Assembly (NCBI GenBank): GCA_964016885.1
Contig: OZ024740.1
Location: forward strand, 366,172,001-366,236,000
DNA: 64,000 nt
Origin: Eledone cirrhosa
Taxonomy: Eukaryota
Reading direction: 5' to 3'
Both the position numbers and the translations under genes were made by a program. The notes below the pieces were generated by a model. It was not told where the DNA came from. It saw only the letters and a program-made list of their open reading frames with translations, and did not search any database. Position 1 is the stretch's first letter; every line of letters begins with the position of its first letter. Of the stretch, positions 13,477-24,277 are shown piece after piece.

Positions 13477-13879
13477 AGAGATGACACCTTAGCCTTTGTC
13501 AAGGCAGAATTCTAGAAGGAAAACTCTGATATAACACCTGCAACTCTGATGGTATCCAATGATGTTGACTTGTTCTTCTTTTTGGTAAATATCATCTTGG
13601 TTAAGAGAGTGGGATTGGCTTTGTGCAGTGCCTTTGCTCACTATAAAAGCTTCACGGCACAGGCATTGCTTTATATCTGGAGATCTCTCTGCACTTGTCA
13701 TCACAGGGTACAATGGGCCCAGCACTATGTGTCAGTAATTGTCACAAGTGTAGTGTTTGTACCAAAGTTTTCAAGTCGCTGGCTGGACTAAAAAGTCACA
13801 CTCGTCCAGCGCATCGGTAGAGGTTCTCCTACATGGATATAAAGTAGTGGCCGTACTCGAAAACGAGTTGGCAGCCACC
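13477..13879 (+). mobile_element. Non-autonomous RTE-derived element, copy 2
   Basis: Same sequence as copy 1; (TATG)n on both sides. Confidence 0.85.
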
Positions 13880-13898
13880 ATGTATGTATGTATGTATG

Positions 13899-16201
13899 TG
13901 TAGCGTTCTCTAGACAGGAAGTAGCTGGAGTTACTTCCCCTTGAGGTGGCAGAACCTTCTTTGTGACTTCCGTCCAGGGACCCTATAAAGGAGAGAGCTG
14001 AAAGCTATCTCCCTCTCTTTTAACCTGCCTGGCCCTTCAGCCAGGTTAGTTCCGCCGAGGGTATACTCTCTCGCAACCTGAACATGGTAATGTAAAGACC
14101 TCCTGGTCTCTTGTGTGCTGACTTCAAAAAGGTAAACAACTAACTTTCTTTCATCGTGAAATCACTAGCCAACATGTAACACAACAACTTAACCACGGCC
14201 TGGCAACACATTTCCGCCAGTAGACCGTGTCCTTTGAATTCTTTAATTCATTGTTTCATCTCTCTTGGCATGTCAGCTATTCAGCTTTACTCAGCTCAAT
14301 CTCCGTAAATAAATATTGTACATACAACCTAGTGTCCCTGTTATAATTGGTGACCCCGAGAAAAAAATAATAGGACCTGGTGTTGTGTGAATATGGAAAA
14401 AAGAAAATTAATTAGCAGTATTTCAAAAAAATTAAAAATTCCTCTAACAACATTCCACATGGATTTTTTCTCCGAAACTGTCTACAACGAAAAATATAAG
14501 TAATCTTTTTCTCAGCAGCAAACAAACAAGAAAAAAAATTGTTCTTCACCTCACGTGTTTACATCGTTTAAATGTGTTTCACTCACTGGATGTATCCTTC
14601 GTCCTTCTCACAACGAACATTCAAAAAGACTCGGACTCCTGTATTCTTATATTCAACATGTCAGTTTTGATGAACATCACAGCTCGCTTACTCATTCAAC
14701 TAAGCCTTCATCGCTACTTTTTCATCACTTTCACAAAAAAAAAAAATTGAACCCTCGCCATATTTGTTATACAAAGTGAATATAGCCTTTCCTTCTTTTT
14801 CATCATATTATCACGTTCACACACAAACTTTTCAAAATGGCTGCCAACGATCTGTTGCACTATCATTTTCGCGCCATTTTCTCGCGCATAGAAATTTTTT
14901 TTTTTCAACTTGACTTTAACCTTGTTTTGGCACGTGTAGGAGCACACATCTCGACTCACTGAGATAACATACGCCATAGATAATGTTTCTTGCCAAGGAT
15001 TCTCCAGCCTTAAGCTATATTCTCCTATTTGCCGGTTTAAAAATTTACCACGTAAATTTGCCGTTGAAAACTGCGTATTTATTCAGAATGCTTATTTCTA
15101 TGGTCGCTGGCCTCTTGGCTCTTCCAGCTCAACGCGTTCTCAACGTCGACCACCAACTTTGGCTGTTATTTCTAGCACTTTGCGCAACTCATTTTTTCTG
15201 GGAAACTTTTTACTGTGATTGAAACAACATCGAATAGGCTCACTCCGCGAGACAACAACAACACAGTTTCATCTTTGCTTTATCAACAACCAAAACCAGC
15301 AGAACAAAACACAGAGAATTTATTTTTGCAGCACTCTTCCTGTGAGAAAATCCCACCGCCTTCGGAGGTTAGGAATTTCACGTTGTACCACAGTCCAGAA
15401 ACCACCTGCATACATTCTCTGGAACACACTCTCTTTCCTGATGTCATGTTAACTTTATGTTTGAACATTTGAACTTTTTTTAATAACTATGTTCGAGCAC
15501 GTTTCTTTGCTCCTTTGACCTCTTCTTTTAGGTTGATTGCATTGTGTCTTTGTGTGATGGATAGTTAGATGTCCAGTCGTTCTCTGGCCAAGAGCGGTTG
15601 GCTACCTTGATATCTATCATTAATTTTTGCATACTCATTTTGCTATTTGCTTGCTCATGTTTTGTTCATTCATGTTCTTGTACCTTTTGCCTTGCTCTTC
15701 GTGTTCTCGCTACAATGATTTCATTTGGTCATTCGACTTCTCGTCTGGGAGGGGAGTCCTGTAGTGCTCTCTAGACAGGAAGTAGCTGGAGTTACTTCCC
15801 GTTGAGGTGGTAGAACCTTCTTTGTGACTTCCGTCCAGGGACCCTATAAAGGAGAGAGCTGAAAGCTATCTCCCTCTCTTTTAACCTGCCTGGCCCTTCG
15901 GCCAGGCTAGTTCCGCCGAGGGTATACTCTCTCGCAACCTGAACATGGTAATGTAAAGACCTCCTGGTCTCTTGTGCGCTGACTTCAAAAAGGTAAACAA
16001 CTAACTTTCTTTCATCGTGAAATCACTAGCCAACATGTAACACGACAACTTAACCACGGCCTGGCAACACATTTCCGCCAGTAGACCGTGTCCTTTGAAT
16101 TCTTTAATTCATTGTTTCATCTCTCTTGGCATGTCAGCTATTCAGATCTACTCAGCTCAATCTTCGTAAATAAATATTGTACATACAACCCAGTGTCTTG
16201 T

Positions 16202-16205
<4 letters not shown>
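13899..16205 (+). mobile_element. Non-autonomous LTR retrotransposon (Gypsy-like signals)
   Basis: LTRs 13899-14345 and 15760-16205 (TG...TA ends, TATAAA and AATAAA inside), PBS tggtgaccccga 14348-14359, PPT gggaggggag 15747-15756, 4-bp TSD TATG; 1.4-kb interior without gag/pol ORF. Confidence 0.92.
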
Positions 16206-16235
<30 letters not shown>

Positions 16236-16314
16236 TGTATGTATGTATGTATGTATGTATGTATGTATGTATGTATGTATGTATGTATGTATGTATGTAT
16301 GTATGTATGTATGT

Positions 16315-16692
16315 AGGCAGAATTCTAGGAGAAGGAAAACTCTGATATAACACCTGCAACCCTGATGGTATCCAATGATGTTGACTTGTTCTTCTTTTTG
16401 GTAAATATTATTTTGGTTAAGAGAGTGGGACTGGCTTTGTGCAGTGCCTTTGCTCACTATAAAAGCTTCACGGCACTGGCATTGCTTTATATCTGGAGAT
16501 CTCTCTGTACTTGTCGTCACATGGTACCATGGACCCAGCACTGTGTCAATAATTGTCACAAGTGTAGTGTTTGTACCAGAGTTTTCAAGTCGCTGGCTGG
16601 ACTAAAAAGTCACACTCGTCAGCGCATCGGTAGGCGTTCTCCTACATGGATATAAAGTAGTGGCCGTACTCGAAAACGAGTTGGCAGCCACC
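16315..16692 (+). mobile_element. Non-autonomous RTE-derived element, copy 3
   Basis: Same family; retains finger remnant CSVCTRVFKSLAGLKSHTR. Confidence 0.85.
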
Positions 16693-16760
16693 ATGTATGT
16701 ATGTATGTATGTATGTATGTATGTATGTATGTATGTATGTATGTATGTATGTATGTATGT

Positions 16761-17366
16761 CAGGTCACCAGTTGGTGCTACTGGTAACATGTATCCCAGT
16801 ACAACCTGTCTCATGGTCGGGCCGTTGGCGACTAAACTGGCAACCCCACCAAGGTTTCTTGGTGAGGAGGGTGACTTTGGACATCCTGCAGGACTAAAAA
16901 CAAAACCTGTCAAAGGGCAAAGGAGCTCTTAAGAGTCAATGGCCATCCAAAATCACCGGGAGAGATGACCCCTTAGCCTTTGTCAAGGCAGAATTCTAGG
17001 AGAAGGAAAACTCTGATATAACACCTGCAACTCTGATGGTATCCAATGATGTTGACTTGTTCTTCTTTTTGGTAAATATTATCTTGGTTAAGAGAGTGGG
17101 ACTGGCTGTGTGCAGTGCCTTTGCTCACTATAAAAGCTTCACGGCACAGGCATTGCTTTATATCTGGAGATCTCTCTGCACTTGTCGTCACATGGTACCA
17201 TGGGCCCAGCACTATGTGTCAATAATTATCACAGGTGTAGTGTTTGTACCAGAGTTTTCAAGTCGCTGGCTGGACTAAAAAGTCACACTCGTTCAGCGCA
17301 TCGGAAAGGGTTCTCCTACATGGATATAAAGTAGTGGCTGTACTCGAAAACGAGTTGGCAGCCACC
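16761..17366 (+). mobile_element. Non-autonomous RTE-derived element, copy 4 (longest)
   Basis: Extra ~185 bp at the 5' end; RTE-type 5' UTR motif ggagaaggaaaactctga; (TATG)n flanks. Confidence 0.85.
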
Positions 17367-18624
17367 ATGTATGTATGTATGTATGTATGTATGTATGTAT
17401 GTATGTATGTATGTATGTATGTATGTATGTATGTATGTATGTATGTATGTATGTATGTATGCGCAGGCTTAATTCATGAACGGCAACATTACTTAACAAA
17501 ACAAACATAATTTCGAGGCCAATAAAAAAAAAGACCGGTCCAGTACTGAGGTCGATTCTTTCTAAATATCTCCTTTTTACACCCCATGTTTCTGCCCTTC
17601 TCTAGAAGAAATCAGTTGTGTTCAGACTTGTTGAGGTAATAGGCTCCGCCAGATTTCAAATGTCCAAAACAGGCCATTCGTCACTGCCGTACCTCTGTAG
17701 CGAAAGAAATGTTTCCTCACGGTGTATTCTTTTCCCTTACAGACCTGACCTCGAAGTAAATGACCTGCGACCTCGCAGAGAAGACAATAGATACATTTTC
17801 CTGGTGGGTAAGATTTACGTCACCAGTTGTATGAAGGAGAACATATTCTAGGGCCATCTGTTATTTATCAATAAAATAACTAGCGGTCATTATAAATAGG
17901 CTGTCCTGTTGTCTTAACTCACTCAGTCCTCTGCCTCTTCGTCTAGACAACACAGCCTGGATATATAACGGTTTACTATTACTACCAGCCAGCCAACCAG
18001 CCACACACTGTCAACTCAACTTGTCACTTATCTTTTAAGGGAACATTCCATGGTAAATAAAAGATTCATGCTCAACATTGAGGCTTTACTGAACACTGTA
18101 TTCATTTATGAACACTGTAATCAAACATTATATTTACAATTCGAAGTAATCATTTTTTTTTTCTTTTTGCTGAAGTGAAGTAAAGATATACATTAAACCA
18201 TTTCTCCCACAACAAATTAAACTTCGTTTCACCTCTCCGATTCCACTATGAGTTACAAGACTTTGCATAAAGCATAGAACCAGGGATAATTTCAAGGGGG
18301 TTCGTATCAAGAGGGTTAAGAAGTACAATGATATGGCTTGTATTGTAAATTTATTGTAAAATGGAAAGTCATTTTGTGTTGTAGTTGTATAGAAGAGAAG
18401 TAGAATCGTGTGAATTTATCTTAATATGTCACCGGATGTAATACAGAAAGGAATCTGAACTGAATACAATGAAGTACCGAATGATAAAGTGTCTATGTCA
18501 ATTATCTAACCTTGTGTCATCTCTACACCTCTAACTGAAAATAAACTATAATATTAATATATAATCGTAACAAGTACTAAATTTACAAGTAGAAACCTTG
18601 CTAGCAGAGAAACGGATGTTAAAT

Positions 18625-18732
18625 GGTGGTGATGATGGTGATTATGATGGTGATGATAGTGACTATGATGATGGTGATTATGATGGCGATGATGATGGTG
18701 TTGATGATGATGGTGGTGGTGATGACGATGAT
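18625..18732. repeat. Degenerate (GAT/GGT)n microsatellite
   Basis: Direct inspection. Confidence 0.9.
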
Positions 18733-18878
18733 AAAATCAATGTCACACTGGTTGTATCTTTTATTGTTTGTTTTAACTGGCGAAAGCACAGATAAGTTAA
18801 TCGATATTCTATTGAGCGACCCACAGAGATGTCAACGGTTCGATTAGTCCAGCTGATGTAAATATTTAAAATAGATAT

Positions 18879-19461
18879 TGTCCGAGATGCGTGCAAGGCG
18901 ACGAAACTGTTATGCACGCACTCATCGAGTGTCAGAGTATTGCTGACCTGTGGGTTTATGTCGAGCACCTGCTGTCACGTGTGGGACGGAACCGACTATC
19001 AACTGAGTCTATTGTGAAGAACACTCCGCCGTCTTCCTTTAGATGGGAGGGACAGGCAGTTTTTATCTGCCTGGTGACCATGGCGAAAGAGGTTTCATTC
19101 AAAGAGAAAAATCAGGGTGGAGAGGGAAATATTGCCTTCCAACCAGTTTGTTGAAAGGCGTGCGAGAAGGGCTATCATGATCCGAGTGAATGGGCTTGCT
19201 CTGAGTATGCGCCTGTAAATTGGATGAGAACATCTGAGACTAGCGGTCAAAGTTAAATTGTTTTTTTTTATGTGGGCTTTCTCCATGAGTGACGCTCGGA
19301 AATATCCCCACTTTTGGGGAATTTGTTATGTTTTGATTTTTTTAAATGTTTATTTTTTTAGTCTTCTTTATACCTCCCCCTCTCCACATACACACACTGT
19401 ACCGACCTGTCCCCTCCTTATTGTCCTCATATGTAAGTCCTGTGTGGCTAATAAAGAAACC
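18879..19461 (+). mobile_element. Older, diverged Tx1 subfamily 3' fragment
   Basis: CPR..QGDETVMHALIECQSIADLWVYVEHLL; 3' UTR ends gtggctaataaagaaacc then degenerate (ATT)n. Confidence 0.88.
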
Positions 19462-19514
19462 ACTATTGTCATTATTATTATCATTATTATTATCATTATT
19501 ATTAATAGTAGTTA

Positions 19515-19700
19515 GGCGGTGGATTGGCAGTATCGGTAGAGGGTCGGACGCCATGCTTTCCAGCATAGTTACGTCCCTTTACGATCTGAGTTCAAATCCC
19601 GCCGAGGTTGACTTTGCCTTTCATCCTTACGGGGTTGATAAAATAAAGTACCAGTAATGCACTGGGTAATTGCTGGCCTTGTGCCTAAAGTAGAAACAAT
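19515..19700 (+). mobile_element. Full-length tRNA-derived SINE (Meta-domain type)
   Basis: A/B boxes, core, (ATT)n tail; nearly identical to 51503-51690. Confidence 0.88.
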
Positions 19701-19731
19701 TATTATTAGTAGTAGGAATAGTAGTAGTAGT

Positions 19732-19787
<56 letters not shown>

Positions 19788-20475
19788 GCACTAAACTGTA
19801 TTGGTGAAATTGAGGCGGTGTATATTCAGTTTGATTACTTGTAGGTCAATATTTGCTGCAAAAGCGTGACCGGGGAGGGAATTCCAGTGGAGTTGTTGTT
19901 TTGGGAAAATAAGAATTAAGTGAAATGTTTAGTGTGAATATCTGAGGTGTGAAACAGAATGGTGACGGGAAACGGAGAAACGGGTGTGTTAGGATGATGG
20001 TGATGGTGATGAGAAACGGCTGGGTGGTATTGGCCTGAGTAGAAAGGGTTTGCAGCTATTTATTTTAGAAAACAAATGATTATTGTAGTAGCGAAAGTAA
20101 AAGCAAAGAGAGGAAATCACGGCTAAAATAAAAACAAAACAAAACAAAATAAAACAACAGAATCTAAGGAGATTGGTGGTTGTCTGCGTTGAAAGAAAAC
20201 TGCATATAATAATAAAGAAGTAAAATTACTTTAGTTGGTATGATGTTGTGATGGAGAGTTTCTGATGTTTCGGACAAAATCTTTCCTCGAAGAAAGTGTA
20301 ATATTTTGGAGTGTCTTTCTGAAAGACAGACAGTACCAAAGTGAAACCACTCATCTTTGCGTCAGTGATACCAAATTTCGTTTGGAAAAATGTGGGTTCA
20401 GCCAAGCTCACCTATTTTAGATATAATATATGAAGGCGAAGTCTTTAGTAATGTCCCTATGACACTAGCGATTAA

Positions 20476-20990
20476 TCTATATATATAAAACTGTGGTTGT
20501 CTGTCTGTCTATCGATTTTTGGCACACATCTCCTCTTAGAATCTCTCACGGAATTGCACCGAAATTGCTATACTTGTACATTGAGCCCTAGCGAAGACAT
20601 CGGAAAAAAAAATTTCAAATTGACCCACCCTATGTGACGAAATCGAATATAATGTATCGATTTTTGAGCGTAAGTGATCAGTTATTTCCCTTTGTTCTGT
20701 TTACATTGAGCGTCTTACGTAAAAAATTACGCTGGCTTTCTCAGTCTTTGTTAATAAATAACCAGTGCAGTTTTTATCCCCAGCATCCTCTTTTGTTATA
20801 ACATTCGGGTTATCGTTATGTTTTCTTAACTTCATAAGGCATATTGCTGGTTGAGGGAATATTAATCAAAAACACCACATGCAAGTCTGCACAGTAGACA
20901 CTACAGTTTTTAAGCCAAAAAAAAAACTTAACATTGTAACTTTAACACAGCTACTGAGCGACCCCGAGCAACGCCGGGCTTTACTGCTAG
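20476..20990 (+). mobile_element. Non-autonomous Helitron
   Basis: 5' TCTATATATATAAAA after A; subterminal hairpin cccg-agcaacgc-cggg; 3' CTAG followed by T; no TSD. Confidence 0.85.
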
Positions 20991-21140
20991 TACGTAATAT
21001 ACCTATTACGAAAATTGTCAATTTAAATTTATAACAAATAACAAATAACAAAGAAATAGTCAGTGCTCTTCAGCATCATTTGCGGAAAGATTTATTCTTT
21101 AAACTCTTCGTACGGACGTATAATAACACACACACACACA

Positions 21141-21561
<421 letters not shown>

Positions 21562-21775
21562 TATATTGGGTCTAAAAATATTTGTTGCTAGGAGATGAAA
21601 GGGGCCCACCTACATATAGAATGCAATCATTTAATTTTTATAACGAATAAATAACATTTTCGAAAAATACATAACTGGAAACAAAACAGTGCAATCAAAT
21701 TCTTGCGGAAAAATATCTTACCTTCTCCAATAAAAAAAAATATTACGTATTTTGCGAAATCCAAAGACTTTCAAT

Positions 21776-22236
21776 AATGACCAGAAGTCGACCCTAAATA
21801 TTACTAATAGCTCTAGGAAAGCCATTAACGACACCACGTCTTTTTAACTTTGATTTTGAAAGTACGTTTATAATTATCAATTTTCATGATACTCTTATAG
21901 CTGTCTGTGTGGCCTAGTTGGAGGAATCATAGACGGTGGTGATCCTGGTCTGAAGTTCGATCCTGGTCGGTAGCAGGGTTCACGCTAAACCCTTTGAGTT
22001 TTTTCTATTAGTTGTAACATAAAAACTGAAAAAGGTTACATGTACCTCTTGACCAGGATTGAACCGAAGGCCAGGATCTCCAGTACCTACCGCTGGGCCA
22101 CAGAGACAACTACGTAAATCTTATGAAAATTCATACTTATAAACTTACTTTCAAAATTTCAAAACAAAGTGTTGTGGTGTCGTTCATGTATTTCTTAATG
22201 TTATTGCTCCTATTTAAGGTCGACTTCTAAATCATT
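21776..22236. repeat. Foldback/MITE-like imperfect inverted repeat with tRNA-like arms
   Basis: Arms ~21776-21970 and ~22050-22236 (agaagtcgacc/ggtcgacttct, aacgacaccac/gtggtgtcgtt, ttgaaagta/tactttcaa, gatcctgg/ccaggatc). Confidence 0.75.
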
Positions 22237-22675
22237 TGGGTGTTCCATAAACTACAACCTCGTTTTGTTTCACATCTATCTAGACTATATTTTAACCTGT
22301 AATCTATGTTTCATTTCTGTCGCATCTCCCCCCTCTGTGTCTATATATGTATGTTTGCATGCATAAATGAATACACTCAGCTTTTGATTTAGTAGAATGT
22401 ACAACCACTGATTCCAGCTATTTGCATTAACGTATATTTTGGTTTGTAGTAATTCCCTGGGGAATTGGTTGACCAACTGATTTGCTTAATTGTTTTATTT
22501 ATTAAAAAAAAAATTTATTGTCTCTTAGATTTCAAATATTTTTTGAAAGCAAAGCATTGGTCCCTAAAATACTACAGTGGGCCCTGCAATACTACTGTGG
22601 GTTCTTGCAATGCTACCGTGGGCCCCCTGGGGTTCACTTGACATTGGGAAACCTGGCAACCTGGCCAGTCCGCGG

Positions 22676-22753
<78 letters not shown>

Positions 22754-23046
22754 TATAAATTATGTCCTTAGAATCATTTGATAAGATATATACTCAATTT
22801 CCTCTCACAATTAGCATAATCAACCACACAAAAAACCAATTAAACCAGGCTCTAAGATTAAAAGGCACCTGTGAAAAAATAATAGATAAATAAACGATAG
22901 CCATTTATTCGCGATCAACAGCCATAGAATATTTACCCATCATTTCAATAGCACGTGAAAATCGATTAAATATATCGTCAACCATACACAATTAGGTATA
23001 CAATTAAAGTTAGAAGAAAAAATGCATATACACATACCAGGATTAC

Positions 23047-23127
23047 ATTTCTACGTTTAGGGTTTCGTTCGCTTTCGGAAATATCCTATCACGGATAAAT
23101 TCTCGAGCTTCGAACTCATCAGGAAAC
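23047..23127 (-). ncRNA. Type I hammerhead ribozyme
   Basis: gtttc-CTGATGA-gttcg[large loop]cgaac-GAAA-c..g-TA-gaaat on the reverse strand. Confidence 0.75.
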
Positions 23128-23944
23128 AAACTCACTTGGACAATATATATACGTATATATATATATATATATTGTTTCGGATCTGGTGTTCGTCTAAAGT
23201 TAATAGTGTATTAATTTTCTCTCCTTTTCAATCATGATAAGATGCAGGTGGTTTGATATATAAACTGTTATTCCAATGCCAGCTGCTTCACTACCGTTAT
23301 TCCAATTACAATCAACTTTGTCTCAGCTATGATTGAATAATTTGTTAGGTTTCTGTTTCGCATAGTTCTTGGAAATACAGAATATTGCTCCATGTGCAGT
23401 TCCCACTGTAGTCTACTGACTCGACTCAGCGGGTCTTATCCATTGACATTCGTAGACTGATCTGCATAACGAACATATAGACCATTGCTGCAATCAAGTT
23501 CTGTTTTGATACACCAATGACTAAATACGACATCTTGTTGACAATGTCTTGAGTAAAAGCCGAATGTACTTTTAGTAACGAAGTTGTATCTCATTAGTGA
23601 GGTCTGTTAGTATAGTAGAAGTGAAACATATTTTAGAGTACCTGAATTAGGTGCTTTAATGACATTACTAAGTCATACTAAATTGGTATTTATCTTGCTA
23701 TTTCACTAAGAATGTTTTTATATACAAATGATAAATTATCCTTAAAAGAAGTGGGGAAAACAAACAAACGTAAATTATAAGATTTTTCCATTTGTCATAA
23801 AAATATTTCATAAACTCAATCTGTATTGATATTTCCTTACGGTACTAATTACAGCACCGAGTTCAAATACCTAGGAAGGTTAACTTTACATTTCATTCGT
23901 CCGTAAATTAATTTTAAAAAAAATGGTTAAATACTGGGTCGATA

Positions 23945-24277
<333 letters not shown>

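Noticed and set aside
16842-16875. aaccccacc...gaggagggt resembling twister ribozyme ends
   Set aside because: Lacks the central conserved P4/L4 (ggtcccaagccc-like) segment.
12076-17460. Repeat-spacer pattern resembling a CRISPR array
   Set aside because: Eukaryotic context, microsatellite 'repeats', mutually homologous 'spacers' and no cas genes.
19515-19605. tRNA gene
   Set aside because: A/B boxes are present but no cloverleaf forms, and it continues into a SINE core and tail.
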